Shown: positions 36,145 to 45,710 of the stretch, piece after piece
How the letters are laid out: each line of letters starts with the position of its first letter
Numbering within the stretch: position 1 is the first letter of the stretch
Made by a program: the position numbers and the translations under genes
Notes under the pieces: model-generated
The model's input: only the letters and a program-made list of their open reading frames with translations
Databases searched by the model: none
Told to the model about the DNA's origin: nothing
Source of the DNA: an uncultured Candidatus Saccharibacteria bacterium
GTDB lineage: Bacteria > Patescibacteriota > Minisyncoccia > Phycocordibacterales > PALSA-1337
Length of the DNA stretch: 64,000 nucleotides
Direction of reading: 5' to 3'
NCBI GenBank assembly: GCA_964459225.1
Contig: CAYWKB010000001.1
Span: forward strand, 116,140 to 180,139

Positions 36145-36804
36145 TTAAATCCCCAAAATAAACCCTTCAAATCTACTCTCTAACTCATATCTCCCTCTTC
36201 TTGCTTCGTGATAAATAGTAATTAGTTCATCTAATACCTTTAGTAGGTCTGATTTACTCCAAACACTATTTCCACCAGAAAGTATAAGTGTTTTTATTTT
36301 CCAAAAGACCATACCATGTAATGCCTCAACCACCTCTCCTCTATCTATCGCCTCTCTATACATTATCCATGCTGTTTTTTTATCTTTTTTTCCTATTGCA
36401 TCTGCAATTGCAAAAACATTATTATCCTTTTTAATTTTATTCTTTTCTTCAATTTCAAAAGCCACAACTTTTTCTGCTTTCTTTTCTATTTTGGAAAGCG
36501 TTGCTTTATCTAACTTTCCTTCAATTATTATAAATATATTTTCTGATTCAGATATTTCTTTTATTTTAGAAATAAATTCTTCTTTTATTTCTTTATTTTC
36601 TGATAATCTATCGAGTAGTACTATATATTTATTTGAAAAAAGTCCCTGCCCTCCTATATATTCATCAAGCATTGCAATCGAAAAGTGTTCGCTATCAATC
36701 TTAAAAAAAGAAGCATCCGGCTTTTTCTTTTTCAATGAATCTATTAATTCATGTGATTTTTTAATTATCTTTTGAATATCTGTCCCGTGATATAGATAAA
36801 TCAT
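36145..36804 (-). CDS. holA: DNA polymerase III delta subunit-like protein (short)
   Basis: MIYLYHG.D, GLFS.K..V.L, F.IADAI. Confidence 0.7.
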   Translation of the reverse strand: MIYLYHGTDIQKIIKKSHELIDSLKKKKPDASFFKIDSEHFSIAMLDEYIGGQGLFSNKYIVLLDRLSENKEIKEEFISKIKEISESENIFIIIEGKLDKATLSKIEKKAEKVVAFEIEEKNKIKKDNNVFAIADAIGKKDKKTAWIMYREAIDRGEVVEALHGMVFWKIKTLILSGGNSVWSKSDLLKVLDELITIYHEARRGRYELESRFEGFILGI

Positions 36805-36808
36805 TTTA

Positions 36809-39199
36809 TTATTTTAAATCTCCCCAACTCTTACCTATTGCACAATTTGCTATGCATTTTATTCCTTTTATATCTTTTGGATCAATAATATTTTCCATTA
36901 TTTCTTTTATCTTTTCTGTAACTTTATTCACCACATCCTCTTTGATTTCATAGACCAATTCATCATGAACTTGCAAAATCAAATACGCTTTTTCTTCTAA
37001 TTTATTTGAAATTATATATTCATTAATTTTCTTCATAGCTATCTTTACTATATCTGCATTTGTTCCCTGAATTGGAGCGTTAATTGCCATTCTCTCTGCC
37101 ATCGCTCTTATAAATGGAACTTTTGAATCTATACCTTCAAAATACCTTCTTCTTCCAAAAAATGTTTCTGTATATCCTTTTCTTTTTGCATCTGCTTTTA
37201 CTTCATCGAGATATTTTGCTAATCCTTCAAATTTAGCAAAATAATCATTATAAAACTTTTGTGCTTCTGCCCTTTCCGTTCCCTCACCTAGATTTGTCCT
37301 AAGTGCTGTCACACCCATACCGTACAATATTCCAAAGTTAATAACCTTTGCTTTTCTTCGCATTTCTTTATCTACTTTATCTATTGGAACTTCAAAAACC
37401 TCAGAAGCAACCGCAGCATGTACATCTTCGCCTTTTGTAAAAATATCTATGAGTTTTTTGTCGCCAGAAAGGAATGCCGCAATTCTTAATTCGATTTGTG
37501 AATAGTCGAGTGAGGCCAGTACAAATCCCTTTTCAGCTATAAATGCTTTTCTTATTGCTCTACCTAGCTCAGTTTTGATAGGAATATTTTGAAGTCCTGG
37601 TCCTTGTGATGCCATTCTGCCTGTTGTTGAGCCGGCTTGAATAAAGTGGGCATGTAATCTGTTATTGCTATCAACGAGAGGTGGAATTGCATCAATATAA
37701 GTAGAAAGTAATTTTTGTAATTCGCGGTATTCAAAAAGAAGCGGGATCATAGGGTGTGCATCTCTTAACTTTTCCAATTCTGATTCACGAGTTGATCTTG
37801 CTCCACCTGTAGTCTTTTTTAATCCTTTTGCAGTTAAGGCCATTTTATCAAAAATAATTTCACCCAATTGCTTTGGAGAATTAATATTAAACTCAACGCC
37901 CGCATATTCCCATATTTTCTTTTCTAATTTTGAAAGTTCTGCATGATATGTTTTTGATAAATTATTCAAAAAATCAATATCGATTTTAACCCCCTTTGTA
38001 TCCATTTTTTCAACTATTGGAATAATCGGAGCCTCAATATTATCAAAGACTTTTTTTAATCCTCTTTTATCTAATTCAGTAAAAATAATTCTGCTTGATT
38101 CTTTGAAACTTTCATTTCTTGCGAAGTTTTTAATATCTTCTAATGTAGGATTAGTTATATTTGAATTCAAAAGCCATAAAGCAACAGATGTTTTAACAAA
38201 TTCATTATTATCAATATCCTCAACAATCTTTGGCTTTTCTTCTTCCTTTACTCCAAGTACAGACTTCAATCTCTGATTCATAGTTCGAAAATCCAAATCA
38301 TTAAACAGAGTATTTAATTTATCAAAATCAATAGAATTATTGAAACTATCTTTTGGCAATACAAAATCAATAGGCGCGTCACGTCTTATTGTTGCGAGCA
38401 TTTTACTAAATTCTGCTTCTTCCCTACCTTCTGTTATAAGCGAATAAATACGATCGGTAATTCCTAACTTTTTTAATTTATCTTTGAATTTCTTTTCTGA
38501 TTTTTCATCTTTTTTTGCTTCATCAATTTCTTTATACATATTTTCGATACTACCAAATGTAGTAATCAAAATTGTTGCAGTCTTTTCGCCTATTCCTTTT
38601 ATTCCGATAATATTGTCAGAAGGATCTCCTCTTAATCCTTTATAGTCAGGCAAAAGTAATGGCCCAAAACCAAATCTTTCCATCACTCCCTTTTCATCAT
38701 AAATAATTGTGTCTTTAATACCCTTTTTCAATGTATACACCTGCACACTTTCACCGTCTACAAGCTGCAAGGTATCCATATCACCAGAAGCAATAACTAT
38801 ATCTAGTTTTTCATCTGAAATTTTATTTTTATTTTTAACTTGTTCAACTATTGTTCCGAGCATATCGTCCGCTTCAAATCCCGGCTTATCGTAAATTGGA
38901 ATATTGAAAGCATGAAAAACATCTCTCGATCTTTTCATCTGAGACACAAGCTCATCATCTGCCTTTGCTCTGCCTGCCTTATAATCCTTGTAAACTTCTT
39001 TTCTAAAAGTAGGTCCTGGAAGATCGTAGCAAGCAACAATATAATCTGGCTTTAAATCTTCAATAATTTTAATAAGCATTGTAGTGAGTCCGTACAATGC
39101 TCCTGTTGGCTCACCTTTTGAAGATGCGAAATCAGGCAAAGCGTGATATGCCCTGTGTAATATTGCATGTGCATCAAGTAAGACTAGTTTTTTATTCAT
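36809..39199 (-). CDS. polA: DNA polymerase I (5'-3' exonuclease plus polymerase, reduced 3'-5' exo region)
   Basis: LLDAH...HRAYHA, EADD, GDPSDNI.G..GIG.KTA, DYSQIELR, KVINFGILYG, QVHDEL. Confidence 0.97.
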   Translation of the reverse strand: MNKKLVLLDAHAILHRAYHALPDFASSKGEPTGALYGLTTMLIKIIEDLKPDYIVACYDLPGPTFRKEVYKDYKAGRAKADDELVSQMKRSRDVFHAFNIPIYDKPGFEADDMLGTIVEQVKNKNKISDEKLDIVIASGDMDTLQLVDGESVQVYTLKKGIKDTIIYDEKGVMERFGFGPLLLPDYKGLRGDPSDNIIGIKGIGEKTATILITTFGSIENMYKEIDEAKKDEKSEKKFKDKLKKLGITDRIYSLITEGREEAEFSKMLATIRRDAPIDFVLPKDSFNNSIDFDKLNTLFNDLDFRTMNQRLKSVLGVKEEEKPKIVEDIDNNEFVKTSVALWLLNSNITNPTLEDIKNFARNESFKESSRIIFTELDKRGLKKVFDNIEAPIIPIVEKMDTKGVKIDIDFLNNLSKTYHAELSKLEKKIWEYAGVEFNINSPKQLGEIIFDKMALTAKGLKKTTGGARSTRESELEKLRDAHPMIPLLFEYRELQKLLSTYIDAIPPLVDSNNRLHAHFIQAGSTTGRMASQGPGLQNIPIKTELGRAIRKAFIAEKGFVLASLDYSQIELRIAAFLSGDKKLIDIFTKGEDVHAAVASEVFEVPIDKVDKEMRRKAKVINFGILYGMGVTALRTNLGEGTERAEAQKFYNDYFAKFEGLAKYLDEVKADAKRKGYTETFFGRRRYFEGIDSKVPFIRAMAERMAINAPIQGTNADIVKIAMKKINEYIISNKLEEKAYLILQVHDELVYEIKEDVVNKVTEKIKEIMENIIDPKDIKGIKCIANCAIGKSWGDLK

Positions 39200-39241
39200 A
39201 TTGATATTGTACCTCAAATACAATATGTATTGTATTGACTA

Positions 39242-39676
39242 CTAAATAATATACTTTCTGGTATTTTCATCTATAAATTCACAGTAAATTTTAATATGAT
39301 TTTCAGGAAGAATTTCTTTTACGTTTTCTGGCCACTCTATTATGATCAAATTATCCTTGTCCTCAACAATCTTTTCAAAATCAAGATTTTGTAATTCCCT
39401 TCCACTTTCTAATCTATATGCGTCTATATGAATAAGATTTTTGAATTTTTCATTTTCAATTTTATAAATCTTTTCAATAACAAAAGTCGGACTGGTTATT
39501 GAATCCTTAATATTTATATATTTTGCAAGTGATTGAGTAAAGGTTGTTTTACCAGAACCTAGATTTCCATATAATCCTACTATTGTAGCCTCATCATTTA
39601 GAGGGTTAATATTTTGATACCATTCCTTTGCTATCTCAGAGGTTTCTTGAAGATTTTTACTGATTAATGTTTTCAT
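39242..39676 (-). CDS. tsaE: tRNA t6A biosynthesis ATPase TsaE
   Basis: GNLGSGKTTF, SPTF, HIDAYRL, IEWPE. Confidence 0.95.
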   Translation of the reverse strand: MKTLISKNLQETSEIAKEWYQNINPLNDEATIVGLYGNLGSGKTTFTQSLAKYINIKDSITSPTFVIEKIYKIENEKFKNLIHIDAYRLESGRELQNLDFEKIVEDKDNLIIIEWPENVKEILPENHIKIYCEFIDENTRKYII

Positions 39677-39721
39677 TGATAAAACTATATCATATTGAAT
39701 TTATAATAAAATAGGAAAAAG

Positions 39722-39769
39722 AAAAACCAGCATTCACTTGCCCTATCACAAGATAGGGATGAATGCTGG
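39722..39769 (-). terminator. intrinsic terminator
   Basis: CCAGCATTCA / TGAATGCTGG enclosing CCCTATC-ACAA-GATAGGG; U-run on - strand. Confidence 0.75.
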
Positions 39770-39802
39770 CTCTCAAGAGGCCACACGGAAACCTCTTGAA
39801 AT

Positions 39803-40243
39803 TTATCTTACTGATCTCCAGACTGGCCCGCGGCCATATGACCTGGTTGTTGGGTACCTGTACGGAACCGAAGTGGTTCCGTAATAATACGGGTACACCG
39901 GGGTCACCGACTCCGAAGTGTTACTCCACGTGCTTTGCTCAGCACTTATGGATGTTTGACCGGTGTATGGGTCAAACGTTTTGTATGCAGAGTTGTATGT
40001 ACCCTGCGAGTGATAGCGACTGTACCCCGTAAAGGGGTCCACAATTACCGTCACACTCCCCCTAACTGGGTCAGGAGGAAGTGCTGATCTTGGGATGGGA
40101 TCTAAAAGAGATCCCCCAACATACACCCCAGGTCTTGTACAACCAGGCTCTAATCTGTTCCAAAACTTCCTTCCCGTTTCCGCGCAACCCGTACAGAGAA
40201 AAAGGAACAGAAATCCAAATACCAACTGAACAATTTTTTTCAT
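39803..40243 (-). CDS. hypothetical lipoprotein
   Basis: MKK, hydrophobic stretch, TGC lipobox-like; DPFTG/DPYTG repeat; GC-richer than flanks. Confidence 0.65.
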   Translation of the reverse strand: MKKIVQLVFGFLFLFLCTGCAETGRKFWNRLEPGCTRPGVYVGGSLLDPIPRSALPPDPVRGSVTVIVDPFTGYSRYHSQGTYNSAYKTFDPYTGQTSISAEQSTWSNTSESVTPVYPYYYGTTSVPYRYPTTRSYGRGPVWRSVR

Positions 40244-40296
40244 AAACTTTCTAAGAGCAATTTGATCAAGAAACCATTTCCTGACCTTATATTTAT

Positions 40297-40324
40297 ATTA
40301 TATCATAATAATATACTATGTCAA
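40297..40324 (-). promoter_or_regulatory. consensus sigma70 promoter
   Basis: TTGACA, 16 nt, TGA-TATAAT on - strand. Confidence 0.75.
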
Positions 40325-40368
40325 TACATACCCCTTTTTACCCTTCTCATATATAATTAAACAAATAT

Positions 40369-42039
40369 ATGATTGAATTTGATGAAGACAAGCAAAAAAG
40401 AAAGTTAGGTGACCTTTTAAAAAAAGAGGAGGAAGAGTTAGTACAATTTCTTTCTGCTAAATTTAATATTGATTACATTGATTTATCTGTTAATTCAATT
40501 AGCACTGACGCACTTAGACTTATAGATGAAAAGACAGCAAGAGAAAGGAAAATGGTTGCATTTTCATTGATAGATAAAAAGTTAAAAATAGCCTTAAGAG
40601 AGCCTGACAATGCAAGTGCACTTGAAACAGTAAATGAATTAAAAGAAAAAGGATACATAATAACTCTATATATTTGTTCAACAGCAAGTCTTTTAAAAGC
40701 ATGGAATTCGTACAAGGATCTTTCATTTGCATACGAAAATAAGGCGGGATCACTTGAAATAGCTAGTGACGAAATTTCAAATATAGTTGAGCAAGCGCAT
40801 GATTTACCAAGTATAGCCAAAATACTTGAGGACACTCTTGCAATGAAAAAGAGCTATCGTGTTTCTAGAATATTAGAAACAATAATAGCTGGTAGTCTAG
40901 CAACTGGTGCATCTGACATACATATCGAACCCGAGGAAAACTACATAAGATTGCGATACAGACTTGATGGTGTGCTTGTTGATGTAACTAAATTTGATTT
41001 GGATACTTTTTCACTTTTGCTATCCCGTATTAAATTACTTTCAGGATTAAAATTAAATATAAAAAAGGATGCACAAGATGGAAGATTTAGTGTTCATGTA
41101 AAGGAAATGGATATTGAAATTAGAACATCTGTTTTGCCTGGCGCATACAATGAGTCCATTGTACTTAGAATACTTAATCCTAAATCAATAGGAGTACCTC
41201 TTGAGGAGCTTGGCATACCTGAAAAACTTTTAAATATTATTTTAAAAGAAATAGACAAGCCAAATGGCATGGTACTTACAACAGGGCCTACAGGTTCAGG
41301 AAAGACCACCACACTTTATGCCTTTTTAAAAAAGATTCATAATCCAAAAGTTAAAATAATAACAATTGAAGACCCGATTGAATACCATTTACCAGGTATA
41401 GTTCAAACACAGGTAAATGATAAAGGTTATACATTCTTGGACGGACTTCGTTCTGCACTTAGACAAGACCCTGACATAATCATGATTGGTGAGGTGCGCG
41501 ATAGCGAAACAGCAGGAATTGCAATAAACTCTTCTTTGACTGGACACTTAGTGTTTTCAACATTACACACAAACAGTGCGGCAGGTGCCTTCCCTCGCCT
41601 AATCGATCTAGGAATAAATTCAAAGATTATGGGATCAGCAATAAATATTGTTTTGGCACAGAGACTAGTAAGGAAGCTCTGTAATGATTGCAAAAAACCA
41701 AAAGCAATAGATGAGCATGTAAAACAAGAAATAGATTTGGTATTAAATACTATTTTTGATAAAAGTGTTATACCTCAGCTACCTGCAAATATATTTGAAG
41801 CAAATGGATGTGAAAAATGTAATCAAACTGGTTACAAAGGGAGAGTGGGTATTTATGAAGGTATGAAATTAAATGAAAAAATAAATTCAATTATTGATTC
41901 TAATCCAAGTGAAGGCGAAATAGAGTCAGCATCAGCCGATCAAGGAATATTAACATTAAAACAAGATGGAATTTTGAAAGTTTTGAGTGGAATTACTTCT
42001 ATTGACGAGCTTCAAAGAGTAATTGCTATTGAAGATTAG
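40369..42039 (+). CDS. GspE/PilB family pilus assembly ATPase
   Basis: ASDIHIEP, QDGRF, GPTGSGKTTT, TIEDPIEY, LRQDPD, TGHLVFSTLHTN, CxxC pairs. Confidence 0.95.
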   Translation: MIEFDEDKQKRKLGDLLKKEEEELVQFLSAKFNIDYIDLSVNSISTDALRLIDEKTARERKMVAFSLIDKKLKIALREPDNASALETVNELKEKGYIITLYICSTASLLKAWNSYKDLSFAYENKAGSLEIASDEISNIVEQAHDLPSIAKILEDTLAMKKSYRVSRILETIIAGSLATGASDIHIEPEENYIRLRYRLDGVLVDVTKFDLDTFSLLLSRIKLLSGLKLNIKKDAQDGRFSVHVKEMDIEIRTSVLPGAYNESIVLRILNPKSIGVPLEELGIPEKLLNIILKEIDKPNGMVLTTGPTGSGKTTTLYAFLKKIHNPKVKIITIEDPIEYHLPGIVQTQVNDKGYTFLDGLRSALRQDPDIIMIGEVRDSETAGIAINSSLTGHLVFSTLHTNSAAGAFPRLIDLGINSKIMGSAINIVLAQRLVRKLCNDCKKPKAIDEHVKQEIDLVLNTIFDKSVIPQLPANIFEANGCEKCNQTGYKGRVGIYEGMKLNEKINSIIDSNPSEGEIESASADQGILTLKQDGILKVLSGITSIDELQRVIAIED

Positions 42040-42093
42040 TGTTAGGAAGCATTAAAATTTTACTGTCAATTGAATTTTGTACTGTATAGAGTA

Positions 42094-42353
42094 GAATTAT
42101 TATCAGATAAATGAGATTTTGATCAAAGTGATCAGGTGCATGATTCTCTAAACAATACTTTCAATGCGATCACCAAAAGTTAAACGTAGACTCAAGGATA
42201 ACCCCAGTAAATACACACAAGGTGTATAACCAGAATGTCCTCAAAACTACATCAGATGACTTGAACAAACAAGCCATATTGTTTAGAGAATTATGAATCC
42301 GATTTATTGCCGAATGGAATATTTGTAGAGTGCCGACTATCTGTATTTGATTC
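42094..42353 (-). ncRNA. candidate rod-shaped ncRNA (6S-like architecture)
   Basis: 18/19-bp inverted repeat 42139-42157 / 42277-42295, central bubble, long G-U-rich apical stem on - strand; promoter 42360-42388. Confidence 0.55.
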
Positions 42354-42359
42354 ATCTAT

Positions 42360-42388
42360 AGCCTAGCATATATTAATTATAATGTCAA
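42360..42388 (-). promoter_or_regulatory. sigma70 promoter divergent from ruvB
   Basis: TTGACA, 17 nt, TGC-TAGGCT on - strand. Confidence 0.65.
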
Positions 42389-43377
42389 GTACCAAAAAGG
42401 ATATAAATACAAACGAAACTCAAGAAACAGGTTATCTAGATCAGACCCTGCGACCATCTAAGTGGGCTGAGTATATAGGACAGAGATCAATTAAAGATAA
42501 TTTGCATATACTTTTAACGGCAGCAAAAGAGCGTAATCATCCGCCTGAGCATATACTCTTTTATGGGCCACCAGGATTAGGTAAGACAACACTTGCTCAT
42601 TTGATTGCAAAAGAGACAGGAGTACAAATGAAGGTTACATCAGGCCCAGCAATACTTAAAGTCGGTGATTTAGCATCAATACTTACTAATCTTTCACATG
42701 GAGATATACTTTTTATTGATGAAATACACAGATTAAACAAAGCAATTGAAGAAGTTTTGTACCCAGCAATGGAAAGTGGTGTTTTGGATATAATAATAGG
42801 TAAAGGTCCGTCAGCAAGGACAATACAACTCGAACTTCCCTCTTTTACTCTCATTGCCGCCACCACACGTATTGCCATGATTTCATCTCCGCTGCGTTCA
42901 CGTTTTTCTGGTGGAGTTTTTAAATTGGAATTTTATAATGAAGATGAAATAGGACAAATAGTAAACAGATCTGCGGATATTTTAGGAATAGAAATAGAAA
43001 AAGAAGCAATAAAAGCAATTTCACTAAGAAGTAGATTTACACCACGTACCGCAAATTACTTTTTAAAGCGTTGTCGTGATTTTGCCCAAGTAGAAAAAAG
43101 TAAATTAACAAAAGAAATAGTAGAAAAGGCATTAAAAATGCTCGGTGTTGATGATTTGGGTCTAAATAGTGCCGATAGAGATATTTTAAAAGTGATGATA
43201 GAAAAATTTAAAGGAGGCCCGGTAGGACTAAACACCATTTCCGCTGCCCTATCTGAGGAACAAGCAACAATTGAAGAAGTCTATGAACCATATCTTATAC
43301 AATTAGGATTATTAGAAAGAACACCAAAAGGAAGAGTGGCGACAGATAAGGCTTATTTGCATTTGGGATTAAAATAA
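42382..43377 (+). CDS. ruvB: Holliday junction helicase RuvB
   Basis: LRP....YIGQ, GPPGLGKTTLA, FIDEIHRL, EPYLIQ.G...RTPKGR. Confidence 0.97.
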   Translation: MSSTKKDINTNETQETGYLDQTLRPSKWAEYIGQRSIKDNLHILLTAAKERNHPPEHILFYGPPGLGKTTLAHLIAKETGVQMKVTSGPAILKVGDLASILTNLSHGDILFIDEIHRLNKAIEEVLYPAMESGVLDIIIGKGPSARTIQLELPSFTLIAATTRIAMISSPLRSRFSGGVFKLEFYNEDEIGQIVNRSADILGIEIEKEAIKAISLRSRFTPRTANYFLKRCRDFAQVEKSKLTKEIVEKALKMLGVDDLGLNSADRDILKVMIEKFKGGPVGLNTISAALSEEQATIEEVYEPYLIQLGLLERTPKGRVATDKAYLHLGLK

Positions 43378-43402
43378 TTATTTTGTTGATAATCTTTAGC
43401 TA

Positions 43403-43525
43403 TTGACATATTATACTTTTAATAGTAATATCTTTTTAGACATGACAACTTTATTTCATTACCTATCCATACAGTTTGGATTTGGTTTATGAGTAAGGCT
43501 AGTAGAAACTAGGTCATGAAGGAGG
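43403..43525 (+). promoter_or_regulatory. promoter plus structured 5' leader and Shine-Dalgarno
   Basis: TTGACA 43403, 17 nt, TAATAT; CATGAC/GTCATG-closed stem 43441-43518; AAGGAGG 43519-43525. Confidence 0.6.
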
Positions 43526-43533
43526 TTATTGAT

Positions 43534-43965
43534 ATGAATGGACTAGCTATTATATTTGGTATTGTCGCATTTGCCTTTGCATATGCTTACTTTTCAAAGC
43601 CTGAGAAGGTCGAGTTGAAAATCGGGGATATTACATTCAAAAGTGATGACGGGAGAGACCCGCGGGATGCCGAATCGCTATCCGAGGATGTACATGGATA
43701 CGGTGTCACTTATGAGAGTGGCAAAAAAGTCTTTTTGATAGACATGATTCAAGGTTGGACAATGGTGGCAACAGATCCGGCGACACATGAGATATCGCAC
43801 ATACTCGTCACAAAAAGTCTTGGTTCTGGGAGTGGTAATGGACAAATCGAGACCATAAAAAAATGGCGCCTCGGCGAACCAGAAGACGCTATTGTGATAA
43901 GGACGAAAGCAATATTCATCAGAGACGTCTTAAGGAAGGAGTTAAAAAAACCATCAACAAGTTAG
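43534..43965 (+). CDS. hypothetical N-anchored protein
   Basis: ATG 43534 8 nt after AAGGAGG; N-terminal TM. Confidence 0.7.
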   Translation: MNGLAIIFGIVAFAFAYAYFSKPEKVELKIGDITFKSDDGRDPRDAESLSEDVHGYGVTYESGKKVFLIDMIQGWTMVATDPATHEISHILVTKSLGSGSGNGQIETIKKWRLGEPEDAIVIRTKAIFIRDVLRKELKKPSTS

Positions 43966-43979
43966 TTTTGTTTTTAGTA

Positions 43980-44012
43980 TCCCCCAGGCAATTCGGCCTG
44001 GGGGATTATTAT
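43980..44012 (+). terminator. intrinsic terminator
   Basis: TCCCCCAGGC / GCCTGGGGGA then T-rich tract. Confidence 0.75.
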
Positions 44013-44089
44013 TTATTTTGCTATATTAAAAAATACAAAATATATTGAGGCAATCTTTTTAATTTTAATAATAGTGATAATATATAAAT

Positions 44090-44620
44090 ATGGCAGGACA
44101 TAATAAATTTTCAAAAATTAAACATCAAAAAGCAGCAAATGACGCCAAAAAAAGTAAAATCTTTGGCAAACTTGTTCGATTTATAACTGTAGAAGCAAAA
44201 AAGTCGGGGGGGAATCTAAAGTCTCCGGGGCTTGCTTTGGCAATTGAAAAAGCAAAAAAGGAAAATATGCCAAATGACACTATTGATCGCGCCATCAAAA
44301 AGGCAACAACAGATAATTCGGCACAAATGGAAAATATAACATATGAATCATATGGCCCAGGTGGAATAGCGATTCTTATTGAAGCATTAACTGACAATCG
44401 CAATAAGGCAGCACAGGAAATAAAAGCAATACTTGCAAGACATGGTTCTGATCTTGCTTCACCTGGAAGCGCATCTTGGGCATTTACAAAAACTGCTGAA
44501 GGTCTAGTTCCAAACATGACCATGCCACTTGAGGATCAAGATATAGAAAAACTTCATGCTTTAGTTGAGGAGCTTGAGGAAAATGATGAGGTGCAGGAAG
44601 TTTACACTAATGCTGAGTAG
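44090..44620 (+). CDS. YebC/PmpR family protein (short form)
   Basis: MAGHNKFSKIKH.K, YE.YGPGG, TDN.N, DEVQEVY.N. Confidence 0.95.
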   Translation: MAGHNKFSKIKHQKAANDAKKSKIFGKLVRFITVEAKKSGGNLKSPGLALAIEKAKKENMPNDTIDRAIKKATTDNSAQMENITYESYGPGGIAILIEALTDNRNKAAQEIKAILARHGSDLASPGSASWAFTKTAEGLVPNMTMPLEDQDIEKLHALVEELEENDEVQEVYTNAE

Positions 44621-44635
44621 TTGTAATATATACGC

Positions 44636-45064
44636 ATGGATCAATCATCATGGACTAATACTCCTCAACAATCTAACCCAGAACTTACTAATACCCAATC
44701 AAATAAACAGCAGGATAATATTTTAAATATACAGACTAGAAAAAAACAATTTAGAAAATTCTTATTTTGGAATACTATTATTATTCTTGCTATTATTTTT
44801 CTTAATCCTCTTTTACTCAAATCAATTGGTCATCCCCTACAAGATGGTGTAGATAATATTGTGTATGTAATGGTTTGGATTTTTGGATACCCAATAGCTC
44901 TTGTTATTATAGGAACTATATTTTTTATACTAGGTAAAAAAGAGAAAGCAGATTATTATTTCAGAATTTGTGTGGCTCACTTCTTTGCGGTTTTTATTAC
45001 ATTTTTTATGGTAATTTTATTTGATGTGTTGTTAGCGATTATGTATAAATTTATGATGGTGTAA
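44636..45064 (+). CDS. hypothetical membrane protein
   Basis: Q/N-rich N-terminus plus three TMs. Confidence 0.65.
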   Translation: MDQSSWTNTPQQSNPELTNTQSNKQQDNILNIQTRKKQFRKFLFWNTIIILAIIFLNPLLLKSIGHPLQDGVDNIVYVMVWIFGYPIALVIIGTIFFILGKKEKADYYFRICVAHFFAVFITFFMVILFDVLLAIMYKFMMV

Positions 45065-45129
45065 TAGCTAAATAATCAATCCTATAAATAGGTGTGCAAA
45101 CAGTAATCTAAAAGTAGTATAATGCTCTC

Positions 45130-45594
45130 ATGATAATACTAGGAATAGATCCTGGATACGACAGATTAGGTATTGCGGTTATTGAGGGTAAAAATCTTTT
45201 ACACTCTGAATGTTTTGTAACCTCAGCAAAAGACGAATTCCCTGTTCGTTTAAAAAGTGTGGGTCTTAAGGTAAAAGAAATAATTGAAAAATACAATCCT
45301 GACATAATGTCCATTGAATCTCTTTTTATAACCAATAATCAAAAAACTGGCATGAAAGTTGCCGAAACAAGAGGGGTAATTATTTATGAAGCAAGTTTAA
45401 AAAATTTACCAATACACGAGTTTATTCCCTCTCAGATAAAGCTTGCGGTGACCGGTCATGGTTCAAGCAATAAAAGCCAGATAATAAAAATGATTCCTCT
45501 TTTAATTAAAATGGATAAAATTAAAAGATTAGATGATGAATATGATGCAATTGCTGTTGCCTTAACTTGTCAGGCATATAAAAAAAGTATTTGA
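45130..45594 (+). CDS. ruvC: Holliday junction resolvase RuvC
   Basis: ILGIDPG, E.LF, E.RGV, QIK.AVTG.G...K, DD..DAIAVA. Confidence 0.96.
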   Translation: MIILGIDPGYDRLGIAVIEGKNLLHSECFVTSAKDEFPVRLKSVGLKVKEIIEKYNPDIMSIESLFITNNQKTGMKVAETRGVIIYEASLKNLPIHEFIPSQIKLAVTGHGSSNKSQIIKMIPLLIKMDKIKRLDDEYDAIAVALTCQAYKKSI

Positions 45595-45710
45595 TAAATC
45601 AAAATAAGTTGCCCAACAAGTTGTCCACAGAAAAATATATTTGCAAAAATTCCGTACTTTTGTTACAAATATGAAATCTCAATAGATTATTCAAATTATT
45701 TTAGATAAAC

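Noticed and set aside
42170-42355. 61-aa - strand ORF
   Set aside because: ATG is only 4 nt from the -10 box, no recognisable motif, and the region is dominated by long-range pairing; kept as an ncRNA candidate, though not fully excluded.
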